From: Camelus ferus | Taxonomy: Eukaryota | Assembly (NCBI RefSeq): GCF_009834535.1 | Contig: NC_045697.1 | Location: forward strand, 47,246,001 to 47,310,000 | Length of the DNA stretch: 64,000 nt | Direction of reading: 5' to 3' | Shown: piece by piece, positions 38,151-50,670 of the stretch | Numbering within the stretch: position 1 is the first letter of the stretch | How the letters are laid out: each line of letters starts with the position of its first letter | The notes under the pieces: generated by a model | The model's input: the letters and a program-made list of their open reading frames with translations, nothing else | What the model was told of the DNA's origin: nothing | Database searches by the model: none | Translations under genes and position numbers: made by a program

Positions 38151-38402
38151 ACATACCTGTGCTAATATTTACATAGTACTGTAAAACATACCTGGCTGGT
38201 AGTTATATTTTTAAATCATCTTCAATCTAATGGCCATCAACATTTTTTTTTAACACAATGTTCTCCTACAACCTGATTTTCTTAAAAAGATATGTACATT
38301 AGAAATGTCAAATGGAAAAAAAAAGAGAGTAAAAAAGTACGCATAATCCATCAATGTCTTATTTTATAAAACTACAGTTTTAAAAATATCAAGTGGAAAC
38401 AA

Positions 38403-38590
38403 CTGTGTAGCACAGGGAACTATATTCAGTTCCTTGTAATGAGCTGTAACAGAAAAGAATCTGAGGAAATATACATACGTATGTATATGGATAACTGAAT
38501 CACTTTGCTGTACACATGAAACTAACATTGTAAACACACTATACTTCAATAAAAAATAAGAATAAAAAAAGGAAAAATCAACAAAAAAAG
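38403..38590 (+). mobile_element. Cetartiodactyl-type L1 3' end
   Basis: ctgtgtagcacagggaactatattcag...ataactgaatcactttgctgtacac...ctatacttcaataaa plus A tail. Confidence 0.9.
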
Positions 38591-39551
38591 CAAGGAAACA
38601 AAAATTTCACCACTTTTTTAGACTTCATAAAATGGTGAAGTGTCCCTCTTCCCCTTTACTCTTTAGAGGTAACCACCATTATCAGATCAACCTGCGTCTG
38701 AATTTTGTTTTCAGGGCAGAAGGATTCTCCTGTGTGGAGATACTGTTGGTCTGAGTAGGACTAACAGCTGGCTATCAGTACACACAAGGCAAGGACAAAT
38801 CAGTGCGGGTCTCTGATGGAGGTGATTTGGAATGCATTCTCTTCCCAGTGGAGTCACAAGTTGCTCCTTTGTCCTTTGCCTAAACCAGCCTCTTCAGCAT
38901 CACTCCTGCCTGCCGGCACAAAGACATTTGGTAAAATAAGTACTAGGCGTGCACAACCACAGAGTCACAGCTGAGGCTTTGTCTTTTCTCAAGTAAACAT
39001 AATCCCAACAATGAGACACTGTCTGAGGGGACCAGGGGGCGGTAGGAGGGGTGGTTAGTCAAATTCTCTTTTCTGACTAGTTAATAGATTTATAAAGCTT
39101 TTCCCCCTACTAATTCTGCTTTCCTCTTTTCTTGAATAGCTCCCAAGTGACATTGGATGCCCCCGCTAGCATGACTTTCCAGGAGGGTCTGATGAACCCC
39201 TGGGACAAGTGAAGTTGCCCAAGGCCTTTTTCTGCAGCTGGGATGGGGAGGGTTGGAGGGTCTTTGGAGTCTACGGGCCCTTTTACCCAGAATCAGGGGC
39301 TCAGTTTTTCTCCCTTAGAATTATTTGATGCTTCTATTCTAAAGCTCACAAATATTTTACAATGCTTCTAGGCCACTTAGATTGGATTTGGGGTAAGTTT
39401 AGGATCTCATATATCTTTTTGTCTTGAGATATTCAATAAAATGTTTCTTTAGTTTTTTATCTTCCCCCATCCCCATCCTTACTCACTTCATCTCTGTTCT
39501 AAAACTGGTACTAGCATTCTGCCTTTCCCTTTTTCCAACCCCTTTGTTGGT

Positions 39552-39828
39552 TTCATTCACTTAATTCATTTAACACGTATTTTGTTGAGTACTTGTTTTT
39601 GCTCTAGGCTTATGGGTACAGCAGTGAAAAAGACCAGGTGCCAGGCGTCATGGGACTTACACTGTAATTCAAACAGAAGATAAACAAATATATATTCATA
39701 GAGCATAAAATAATGTCAAATAGTAATAATCAGCATCATAGGAAAAATTACAGCAGTGTAAATGGATAGAAAATGATGTGTTTGGATCAGAGTACTTTAG
39801 GTAATTGGTCAGGTAAGGCCTCTCTAAT
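39552..39828 (-). mobile_element. L2 3' end
   Basis: ttcattcacttaattcatttaacacgtattttgttgagtac...tacagcagtgaa...ggtcaggtaaggcctctct. Confidence 0.75.
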
Positions 39829-41289
39829 CAGGTTATGGTCCTCATGCTGCCTTTGCTTTCTTCTCAAGTCTTTCAAGGTGCTGGTGACCCGTTTCTGTGC
39901 CTCTCCTTCTACATCACCCTTCTTAGACCTGAGATCAACACATCCTTCCCTCAGCCCTTTCCACGATGGACATTTTTTTCTCTCCTTGCCCTCATTCTGG
40001 ACTTCTCCTCCCCAGTGGTCTCACATTCTCTCCCTGATCACTTCCAGGAGTTTCCTGAAACAGCATAGCTCTGTCACAAAGAATTTGCATGTGAGTGCTT
40101 AACACATACTTTTAAGTGATTTTTACTATCATTCATCTATCTTGAAATTGCTATTTGAGAAATAATTCCAGTATAAACCAGAGGTTTTCAAACTTTTCAT
40201 TTGATGAACTTCTGTCCATAGGGGATAAAAAGCTTTGAGAGCATTACCTTTCCCAGCTCCTTCTGCTCAGCCCTGCAAATACTGCTTACACTAATAAATA
40301 CATCAGTTCAGTAGAGCTTTGCCGTAATAAACAGCTATTGCGGTAGGTATTAAATGCCCATTTTATGCTGAGTAACATACATTGAAATCTGGAGTGGAGA
40401 TGACTCCTTAAAAAAAAAACCCACACTCATTTTTGGTGTGACTCACATTTAGAATGAAGTCCAGCCCACCTGTTGTTTATTCCCTACCATTTGGAACTCT
40501 ACCTTCATTTCTGGGTTTCCTCCAGAGGACATGGAACAGGGGTTTGCACATAGTCTTCCATTTAATAAATAAATGGAGCAAATGGAGTGGATCCTGTGAG
40601 TTTCATCAAACAGCACACAGAGGCTGAATTTCTTTCTTGGCCAAGCCCTTGGGACCACATAATACCTATGACAAATATTAACGCTTAGCCTCCTACCCGG
40701 GCCATGATTACTACTGAATGTATCAATGAACAGAAAAGGAAAGGCTGTGTCTAGTAATTAAACCTTCACAAGCTCTTCAGAAAAACTTGATTCTGTCTCA
40801 TCTACCATTTGGAAACTGTCTGCGTCAGCTTTTTAGGTGCTTTTATTATCATAGTGAGAAATAGTTTTTATTAGAACAGTAAACACGAAACTATTATCAA
40901 CACAGACGTGCTGGCCGACAAAAAGAGTACTTTGCACTCTAATTAAGAACAATTACATCAGACTGATTGAACTTTGGATCCACATCTTTGCCTTTGTTTC
41001 ATCTTGTAATGCTGAACAAGGAACCGGAGAGAAAGGGTCGGGTGAAGTAGCTACCTGAGGACCGAATTAATGGGTTGAGTCTCCCAGCTGCTTCAGGGAC
41101 TACTTTGTTTAAACCAAAAGAATGGCACCGCCGCGGCGGTCAGGAATCTAGTTGTCAGCTTTGCAGACTCTGTGATGTATCTTCTGTCAGTTTGCCAAGG
41201 AACGAGCCGTCAGGCTCTGTCTCCGTCTCAGCCTCTCTCTTCCTGCCTCCCAGCTTCAGGCTTTGCCCCACCCTGACTCTGTGACCCAC

Positions 41290-41555
41290 CTGAGCAGCAA
41301 GGGCGTCACCTGCTCACTTGTTAGAAATACAGAATCGCTGAATCAGAATCTGAACTTTAGCAAGATCTCTTGTGTGCATGTTAAAGTTTGACAAGCACTA
41401 ACCTAAGGAGCTCTAGCCCAGCACTGAACAATGTGGTGATCAGATTTTCATGAGCCTCAGAATCACTGACAGAATCATTTATATAAACATGAAATTTCCT
41501 GGTGTACACCCCAGAGATTTGACTCAGGGAGTCTGGGAAAGTTCTTGGAATCTCC
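41290..41555. mobile_element. Two adjacent MER5-family MITE fragments
   Basis: cttgttagaaatacagaatc...tgaatcagaatctg...aaagtttgacaagcact, then cagaatcac...caccccagagatttgactcag. Confidence 0.65.
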
Positions 41556-42374
41556 CTTTCCTTGGGCATGGGCTGTTGGTCTGGTTCTGAGCTCAGGCTT
41601 AATCCTGCCAGTTGGACTTCTAAATAGTCTAGTGTCTTTATCACAGTTTCATGAACTGGTGTCCCGTGTCTTGGTCTTTGCTTTAAAAACTATGTCCAAT
41701 GGTATCTTCAGAATTTCTATGCAGGAAGATCTTAGTACAGCAATCTGATTTGAAGAAGGAGGCTTTAAACTATTTTTGCGTGACACTTTGTAAGAATGAA
41801 GAAGCATCAGTTGCCTCTATCAAGAAACCAGAGATGCAATTAATTATTGGGAGACACCAATACTATTTATTCCTGTGAGTCTCCCCACTGGGCCCAGAGA
41901 CCTTCTCCTGAACTCCAGACTTGTAGTTAGAGCCCTTTAATCACAAGCGTCAGAACCAGCCTCTGCCTAACTCAATGTGGGGATTTATTAGAAAGATATC
42001 AGATGGCTCACAGGACCACAAGGCGCCTGTAGAACAAAGTTCATAAATAGGTAGGAAGCAGGGCAGATTTGGGGGTCTGGGTAGCAAGCAAGAGCTTCTC
42101 AATAGTTTTATTTCAAAGCAACCCCTGGAATGAATGAGTTCCAACTATTTCCAATGTTTTTTCTACTTTTCTGAAGATTCAAACCCCAGGACAGAAACAT
42201 TTGGCCTGACTTGGTAAGGGGAGGGCTGGCCACCTTGAGTAATAGTCCTAACAGACTTTATCCAAAAGGAGGGGCAACTCTCCAGTGGAAATGGGGATGC
42301 TAGAATAGAGGCCTGGCAGGCAGGAGAGAAACTGATGTCCTCCTACCTGACAGCATGCTACTGTGGCTCCTTGG

Positions 42375-42505
42375 ATTTCACTAGAAGTAAATTCCATGAG
42401 ACCAGAAATTTTTCTGTTTTGGTCTCCATTGTATCCTGTCTGCATAGAGCAGTGTCTGGCACAAGTAGGTTCTGCATAAGTATTTGTTGAATGAGTGAAT
42501 GAGTC
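42375..42505 (+). mobile_element. L2 3' end
   Basis: agagcagtgtctggcacaagtagg...tatttgttgaatgagtgaatga. Confidence 0.8.
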
Positions 42506-42524
42506 AATGACCAGACCGGCTAGG

Positions 42525-42735
42525 TGACAAGATGGTTAACATCCAGCCTCTGGAGTCAGGCTGCCTGGGTGCAAAGCCCAGCCCTCTTACCCACTGGTTG
42601 TGTTAACCTTGGGTAGATACTTAATTTCTTTGTTTTTAGGTGCTTAAGTTTCCTCATCATGAAAGTGGCATTGATAGTAACAAGTCCCACTTCATAGGGT
42701 TGTAATCAGACATGTGCTTAGAATAGTGCCTATTA
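42525..42735 (+). mobile_element. MIR SINE
   Basis: ctctggagtcaggctgcctgggt...accttggg...gtttcctcatc...ttcatagggttgt. Confidence 0.8.
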
Positions 42736-42744
42736 TGTTGGCCG

Positions 42745-43530
42745 TTTCATCTATCTATTGCTATGTAACAAACTCTCCCCAAACTTAGTGACTTAAATCG
42801 ACATTTTATTTATGTGCTCGTGATTCCATAATTTGGGCAGGGCTTGGAGGGGGACCATTTGTCTCTCTTCCCTGTGATGTCTGCTGGTGCTGAAACATCC
42901 GTGATATCATCTTGGCTCCTGTGTCCAGCATCTCAGTAAAGATACCTCAAGGTGATGGGGAGCCAGCTGGAAGAGCTTGCCTGGGATCATGTATCTGGGA
43001 CCTTGGTTCTTGCTGTCAGCTGGGTCCTTTTCTCTGTGTATACTTAGGCCTGCTAGCTCTCCACGTGTCCTTTCATGTGGTCTCTCCACAGAGTCTCTGA
43101 GCTGCCTGTTTAAGAAAGCTGGGTACCCTGCTTCCCAGAGTGAAAGAGTGAAAGTGTCTAGGTCCTTCAAGAGTAAAGTCTTAAGGCTTAGGTTGTATTC
43201 TATTAGTTTCTCCACCTCAGCACCATTGACATTTGGGGCCAGAGAATTCTTTGTCGTGGAGGACTCTACTGTGCATTGCTGGATGTTTAACACCTCCCTG
43301 GCCTCTACCCACTCAATGCACCTCCACTTCCCTTAACTTATGACAAACAAAATTGCCTCCAAGCACTGTCATGATGTCCCCTGGGGAACAAAATCTTCCC
43401 TGGTTGAGAACTATTTGGTGAAAGCAAGTCACAGGACCAGCGTTTGCTCAAGGGATGAGTCTGAGGAGGGCATGAATACCAGGAGACTGGATCCACTGAG
43501 AGCCTCCAGTATAACAAACTCTTATCACTA
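42745..43530 (-). mobile_element. MLT1-family LTR interrupted by MER20
   Basis: tatctattgctatgtaacaaac...ccaaacttagtgacttaaa on the left; aagcaagtcacagg...agggcatgaataccaggag on the right. Confidence 0.75.
43201..43416 (+). mobile_element. MER20 (hAT-Charlie MITE)
   Basis: cagcaccattgacatttggggccaga...ctgtgcattg...tccctggcctctacccact...tgtcccctgggg...ctggttgagaac. Confidence 0.88.
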
Positions 43531-44144
43531 TTACTATCTCTGAACATTGCTTGCTGCAGGAATCCCTGTTCTTGAATTCTGCCCACATGCTGGGCCATCT
43601 CTCCTTCTCGCTAATGGGCTGCTCATTCTAACTGCTTGTCTGAACGTCCCCTCTCGTCCTTGGCAGTGCTCTGCATTCTCCACGTCTTGTCACTGCTCTT
43701 GGCTTCTCTCCTGCACCATCCTAGTGGCCAGTTGTTTGAATTCTCCTCTCTCTTTCCCATCCTCTGTGGTTAACTGAGTTATCTCCAGTGCTCACACAGT
43801 AGCCCATGACCAGGCTCTGGGATAAGTAGGGCTGATCCCATGGTCTCTGAATATATATGCACATGTGTCCAACCCAGACTCATTAACAGTTGCTACACTG
43901 TCTCCCTGAAAGCACTTACTTGCCTGATCCACCAACTAACTCTTATTTTTGGGGGGCAAGATTCATCTTAGGGGCTATCTCCTCTAGGAAACCTTCTTGG
44001 AAATCCCAGTCTCTAGTCTGGTTTAGCAGTGACTTAAGGAGAAAGCTCATGTCATATTCATCTTTATGTTCCCAGCATAGTGTCTATTGCATGGAACAAA
44101 TTTCTTAGATCAATAAATGAATAATTTAAAAGCCAAATGAAAGC

Positions 44145-45340
44145 ATTGAAAATTTGAGGAGAAACTGAGAAAGTGTGGGAGTGAATCATGTTATTATTGA
44201 GGGGAATAATCTTCTGGGCAGGAAAAGCAGCAAGATCATGGTCGGGAAGGCTGAAGTGGCCATGGTGTTTGAGGAAGAGCAGAGGCCAATGGGCGGGGCC
44301 CAAGTAAGGGAGGAAGACAGTGGCGGGAGATAAGGTCAGACAGGAAACAGAACAAGATCATTTGGCTTTGCAGGTCAAGCTTAGGACTCTGGATCTGATT
44401 CCTAAGGAGATGAGAAGCAGAAGAGTGACTAACACTGACCTATTTTTTTTTGAAGGTTATTCTGGCTCCTGTGTTGAGAGGGGTCAGGGCCAGGGAGGAA
44501 GCAATGAGACGAGTTAGGAAGCTGTTGCAATCATCTGGCAAGAGATGATGATGGCCTTTCCTGGTGGCTGGATGTGGATATGAGGGAAGGAGAGGTGTCA
44601 GGGATGACTGCATGGTTTGGGATCTGAGCAAGGAGAATGGAAGGCTACTTTCTAAGAGGGGGAGAGTGTCTAGGGATGGAAATTAAGCCTAATTTTGATT
44701 TATGAAGTATGAGATGCTCACTCTACATTCAACTGGTTGCTGAGTAGACAGCTGGATATACAAGGGTGGAGTCCAGAGGAGATGTATAAACCAAACACAT
44801 AAATGTGGAAGTTCTTAGCTCTATTACTTAAGCTAAGCTAAGTTTCTGTGATTTAAAAAAGAAAGACAAAATACAAAGGCTCAATACTAGAAGGTTATTT
44901 CCCATAAGGTCACCAGTCTAGGAGAGTTTCAGATCATTGACAAACTGTGATAAGACCTGTTTCTTTGGAGAGTTGGGGACAAAAATATCATTGAAGTGGT
45001 TCAACAAAGCATGAGGGAAGGAGGAATTGAATTGGAGACAGTGTGTAGACAATTCATTCAAGGGGTTTCGTTATAAAGGGGAGCCAAGAAATGGGCAGTA
45101 TCTTGAGGGAGACATAGCTTTGAGGTTGTTGTTGTTGTTGTTACTGTTTTTAAATTTTTTAACGCTTGTTTAATAGGAAAAATTACAGCGTGTTTTTATG
45201 CTGATGGGCATGGTTCAGTAGAGAGGGAAAAGATTGACGATGTAGGAACGAGGGAGGAAAGTTTCAAGAGCCCAGTCCTGGAGTAGGCAGAGGAGATGCC
45301 AACCAGAATAAGGGCTTGGCTTTAGATAGGATCATGAACC
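44145..45340 (-). mobile_element. Long L2 fragment
   Basis: tgtttgaggaagagcagaggcca, gttaggaagctgttgcaat...agagatgatgatggc, cagctggatata and gggcttggctttagatagg are antisense L2 motifs in order. Confidence 0.8.
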
Positions 45341-45809
45341 CCGGTGCATCCATAAAAACAGCAGCTAGCCCGAGTGTACAGGCACAGATGCAGGTCGGGG
45401 GGATCCACCTTCGCTATAACGCATGGCAGTGTGTGATGACTAGTACTGACAAGTGCCCTACAAGTTCAGAAGAAGCAGAGATCATTTTTGTTTATGGCAA
45501 TCAAGGAGGAAGTGTCACAAATAGAACTTGACGGAGGTTAGGTTTTCATTAGGTAGAAGCGAGGGAAGGACATGCCAGGCTGAGGAACCGCAACCAGCAC
45601 CAAGGTTCTCTTTTTTTGTTACCTATTATCTCCTGGACTCTGCAGGCTCTGTGGTCAGCTTGGCTTTCCTTTGCCTCCAGGAAAGATGTTTGTGATTTTA
45701 AAAAAGTAGAATCACAGAATGGAATGATAACTTTGACTTTCCCAACTTTGACATGGCCAACTTGTCTTTAGAGTTCCAGAATGGACAGCAAATCTCTGTT
45801 GGTCTTCAA

Positions 45810-46325
45810 TAATTTATTTATTAATTACATGTAGTTTAAAGTATAACACATATACACAGAAAAGTACACAAATCATAAGTCTTTTCATTAAATAAACATC
45901 CCTTCATAAGCAGCTTACAATGAAGAAACAGAACTTGGCCAGCATCCCAGGGGACCTCTTCATGCCACTTTGTAATCAGACTCTTCCCCCACCACCCTCC
46001 AGCAAAATTATGATTATCCTGACTTCTAAAATCATAGATCAGTTTTGCCTAATTTTGAACTTGGTACAAATGGGATCCTACATTTTGTTCTTATTTTCTA
46101 TCTGGTTTCTTTCACTCAGGATGTTTGTAAGATTCATCAGTATTGCTGGATGTAACTGGAGGTTGTTCGTTCTCTTTGCTATGTGGTATTTTGCTGTATG
46201 TCTATTCTAGAAAATCCCACTATTTATTAAATCATTCTACTGTTGATGTATGTTTGGATAATGTCCAAGTTTTGGAAATTAGGAATAGTGCTACTATGAA
46301 CATTTTTGCACATGCCTTTTGGAAA
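45810..46325 (-). mobile_element. L1ME-type 3' region
   Basis: catatacacagaaaagtacacaaatcataag...cctgacttcta...ttttgcct...tctggtttctttcactcag...agattcatc. Confidence 0.8.
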
Positions 46326-46824
46326 TTTCCTTTAAGCAAAAACCTCTACATACTTTTAAAGGTTTGGCAAAGTCTGCCTAGAGCTTTCATGTGTTTGTGC
46401 CCGGCTGTGCTTCCAGCACTAGCTGGCATGTACAGGTGAGCTTATGGGGTCAAAATGGCCACTTCCCAGTACTTTGGGGTGTGCTGCAGAGCTTCATACC
46501 AGATTACAAAAGGCAGGTAACCAAGCCTCTGGAGATGAAAATTAAGTATTGCACATAGGTAGTTTAGCAAAGGTCAAACAAAGATCACCATCTCCTTCCT
46601 GAATGGCTCTAATCCCAAACTATTGACACAGCTAATTCTCATTCCTTTTGAGCAACTCCAATGGCAAAGTTGGTGTCTTCACTGTTCCTGGCCATGGCTG
46701 TTTTGTTTATCACTGTATCTACGATGTACAGCACAATAGACACAATATTTGTTTGCTGATAAACAGACTGTTTCAGTTGCTGATGGTGTACAGAGTCACA
46801 ACCTTGTCCCTTCTCATAGGACAC

Positions 46825-47410
46825 GTTTTCTGTCCTATGGTAACCACTAATCACATGAAACTATGGAGCATTTGAAATGTGGCTAGTGTGGCTGAGGAAC
46901 TGAATATTTTTAACATTGATCTTCACTGATTTAAATTAAAAAATGATACTCAAGTCTGTTATGGAAACTTCTAAGTATGTTTGGACCAACTTGGCCAGTG
47001 AATCTCCTTTTTTTTCAACTGTAAATTTTATGAAATCTAAATTCATATCAAATATTTCTGATAGACATTTCACAATCAACTTGAGATGCACTTAGTGTAA
47101 AATATACAAAAAGACTCTATAAAAAAAGAATGTGAAGTATCTCATTATAGTTTCTATATTGATTACAGATTGAAATAGCAATATTTTGAATATGCTGGGG
47201 TAAATAAAGTAGATTATTTTTTTTAGCCAGCGGAGATTTTTTAAAATTCTTATTTTCCTATTGAAGTGTAGCTGATTCATGATGTTAGTTTCAGGTGTAC
47301 AGCAAAGTTGATTATTAAATGTCATTTCATGTGTTTCTTTTTTGTTGTGACCACTGGCAAATTTTAAACTGTGTGTGTGGCTCATATTCTATTTCCGCTA
47401 GACAGTGCTG
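46825..47410 (+). mobile_element. Charlie5-derived internal-deletion element (MER3-like left end, MER33-like right end)
   Basis: ttgaaatgtggctagtgtggctgaggaactgaat; residual transposase KLLSMFGPTW...FSTVNFMKSK; TIR gacagtgctg. Confidence 0.8.
47220..47312 (-). mobile_element. Very short L1 3' tip inside the Charlie element
   Basis: attgaagtgtagctgatt...tgttagtttcaggtgtacagcaaag; gattatt repeated on both sides. Confidence 0.7.
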
Positions 47411-47679
47411 TTCTAGGGATTCCCAAATATAACGTTTCATGGTAATTCCTGATAACTGTCTACCTCAGGAAGCTGCGTATGGATGTCTATATAAATAGAG
47501 GGTATGTTTCTGTATATTTGGCTGATGGATGGTCAGGAAAGGGAGGCATGCTTCTTAGGGGAGAATGAATGTGAATTGTGGCATCAAACCTGTCTGAGTT
47601 TGTATGCAAGCTCTGCTCCTTGACAGGTAGTGCATAAACTTTCAAATTTCCTCTAATGTAAATTAGGAAGATGAATACA

Positions 47680-47910
47680 TTGAGGATACTGTCAGCACTC
47701 CACCCAGATTCCCTGGGTCATATTTATTGTTTCTGCGCATGTACGCACCCATTCCTTATCTCCAGTGGAGACACAGATCATACCCCTGAATTCCCCTGGG
47801 ACCTCCAGCCCAAGTCAACTTCACCCAGAAATCGTACCGTTGCTTCCCCTCTTCCACTTCCCTCATCTAAGGGTCAGCTTTCAAGAACCCACCCCAGGGT
47901 AGTTCTTGGG
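47680..47910 (+). mobile_element. LTR16-like ERVL LTR fragment
   Basis: ggatactgtcagcactccacccagattccc resembles the LTR16 5' end. Confidence 0.45.
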
Positions 47911-48560
47911 GGGATTAAATGAGCAGTGCCTGACACAGTGGAATTTTTCAACCCTACCCCATGATGACACCAGCCAGTACAGTCCAACGATTTGACTATC
48001 ACATCAGGATGGTGGTGAGTTTGTATTGAGACACCCATAGTTTCTCTCTCTCAGATCTTCACCTACCTATACACATTTTTTTTTCATCAACTCAGTATAA
48101 CAAACATGTAAAAACTCATAGATTCATGGGAACTTAGAGAACATCAAATCTATTTGTAAAAACAAATGTTACATCTGTTTCTGTGATTTCTCCCTGAGAA
48201 CATTGTTAGTCAGGTGCTGTGGGTAATTCAACCACTCCTAGGGTATAAATTGTACTGCTCTGGGGCAAGGTGGAGGATTCACTCTTCAGAATCAAAAAAG
48301 GAGAGTCCTTCACTCATAAAAGAACTTGCTGACTCAACACACACACAAACTAGATTCATTCATATAAATCCACATATGAATGTTGTGATGATAGCATTTT
48401 ATATCCTAAAGACAATCTGCTTATATTTTTACATACTTCTAGGTCATTCTCTTGACAAGTTTTTAATAATACTAATAGTTTTCATTTATTGAAGTTTATT
48501 ATATGGCAGACATTATTTTAAAGGATTGACAGACACTATCTCATTGAATCTGCTCAAAAA

Positions 48561-48847
48561 CTCAGTTCAGATATTAACTCCTCAGAGAAGCCTTCCCTGG
48601 ACGCTCTGAATTAGCCACCTTCAGCTACTCTATGGTAGCCTTTACCACGACTTGGAATTTTTGTTTATTTGCTTTAAGTGTTTTTTGTGCCTCTCTCCAC
48701 CCACCCCTTGCCTATCCCAATTAGAATGTGTGTTACAGACAGTGAGCACTTTTTTGTCTTGCATACCATTGTCTCACAGTTCCTAGAACAGTGCCTGGCC
48801 TATGGTTGACAATCAGTAAATATTTATTGAATGAAAGAATGAATGAA
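48561..48847 (+). mobile_element. L2 3' end
   Basis: ctcctcagagaagccttccctg...cctagaacagtgcctggc...taaatatttattgaatgaaagaatgaatgaa. Confidence 0.85.
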
Positions 48848-48850
48848 AAT

Positions 48851-49185
48851 GAGATCGCTCATATGTGGAATCTAAAAAAAAAAAAAGCATAAATACAAAA
48901 CAGAAATAGACTCACAGACATAGAATACAAACTTGTGGTTGCCAGGGGGGCAGTGGGTGGGAAGAGATAGACTGGGATTTCAAAATTATAGAATACATAA
49001 ACAAGATTATACTGTATAGCACAGGGAAATATATACAAGATCTTATGGTAGCTCACAGAAAAAAATGTGACAATGAATATATATGTTCATGTATAACTGA
49101 AAAATTGTGCTCTACACTGGAATTTGACACAACATTGTAAAATGATTATAAATCAATAAAAAGTGTTATTAAAAAAAAAAAAGAA
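48851..49185 (+). mobile_element. Youngest-type camelid L1 3'UTR
   Basis: atatgtggaatctaaa...agactcacagacatagaatacaaacttgtggttgccagggg...ctggaatttgacacaacattgtaaaatgattataaatcaataaa plus poly-A. Confidence 0.93.
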
Positions 49186-50209
49186 AGAAAGGAAAACTTA
49201 ATATAGACGAGAACTCTGAAGCCCAGAGAGGCTAAAAGTTTAAGATCCCAGAGTTGGGGAATGGCCATGCTCTTATTTGAGCCCCTGTCTCTTACCCATT
49301 ATGCACTGCTGTCCTTTATATGATATGGGCTACAGAAACATGGCATATCTTACCCGTAAGGAAAGCACTCTCTGCTAAGAGAGGAGTAACATTTCACTTC
49401 CAATCAACAAACATGTGCTCACCGTTACTGGGAACCATATTGAGCACTAGGGACACAGAAGTAAACAACATGAATACAGCCCAGTCCAGCATGGGCCTTT
49501 TGTCTAAACTCAGGTAGGAAATACCGACATTACATGTAGGAACAAGTGAAAGGAATGTACAGAGACAGAAAAGAACAGTGAGGCAAGCTGACTGAGTCAA
49601 GGGAATCAGGGGAGCCTTCTCTGTGGGAGGGAATGTAGCCTGTTCAAGAAAGCGAGAAGAGTAACAGCATGAAGGTCGTGGAGAGGTGAGGGTGAGAATG
49701 GCAGGAGGTAAACAGAGACCGGCCTTGAAAATGGCATCTATAAATGATGCTCACACAAGGCGGAATGCGATCTGTCCTCACAGTGCTGCGGGAGCTCAGA
49801 GAACTGTAAATCAGATCCCCCCTCCAGGGAAGCTTTCGTGAAGTCATTGTAATGACACTACTTATACTAAAAGAATGTTTGTTTTAAAAGACTATAGATA
49901 CACTGAGACAGGAGAAGAGCATCCAAACAGCTGCTTATTCCTCTCTTAATTTTACTTTTCGAGTGAGTAACACATTCCTATGGTTTTACATACATAATAC
50001 ATAAAACTGTAAAATATCCCACTTCTAACCTGTCCAATTCCCAAACCTCACACCACCATAGGTAATCTCTTTTATTTTTTATATTTTTTTAACATATAAG
50101 CTTCCAAAATTATTTTACACAAACACAAGCAGCTGTAAATATAAAATTTTATAATTTATAAAATATAAAAACCCCCTCTCTTCTACTGCACTATGTGGCA
50201 TACTGTATA

Positions 50210-50670
50210 CAGGCATGCCTCGTTTTATTTCCTTTTGCTTTATTGCATTTCTCAGACACTGTGGGGTTTTTTTTTAATTGGGGGTTTGTGGCAACCCTGC
50301 ATCGATCAAGTCTATCGGTACCATTTCTCCGCCAGCATTTGCTCTCTTTGTGTCTCTGTGTCCCATTTTGGCAATTCTTGCACTATTTTAAACTTTTTTA
50401 TTATTATTATATTTGTTATGGTGACCCGTGATCAGTGATCTTTCATTTACTGTTGTAATTGTTATGCTTTTTTGAAGCAATGAAGTATTTTTAAATTAAA
50501 GTATGTACCTTGTTTTTTAAGATATGATGCTACTGCACACTTAATAGACTGCAGTGTAGCATAAACAAAACTTGTCTATACATTGGGAAACCAAAAGATT
50601 GTGTGACTCACTTTATTGCAATACTCACTTTATTGTGGTGATCTGGAACCGAACCAGAAATACGTGTGCC
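50210..50670 (+). mobile_element. Tigger1-derived non-autonomous element (TcMar-Tigger) within a decayed antisense L1M
   Basis: TA|caggcatgcctcgttttatt...ggtttgtggcaaccctgc...gtgatcagtgatcttt joined to the 3' part cacacttaatagact...gggaaaccaaaa...tctggaaccgaacc; right TIR damaged. Confidence 0.9.

Noticed and set aside
39025..39045. CTCF site (ggggACCAGGGGGCGgta)
   Set aside because: Matches the 3' part of the motif, but the strongly conserved CC at the core's 5' side is GG
42907..43336. Overlapping 119- and 128-aa ORFs
   Set aside because: Lie wholly within MLT1 and MER20 repeats
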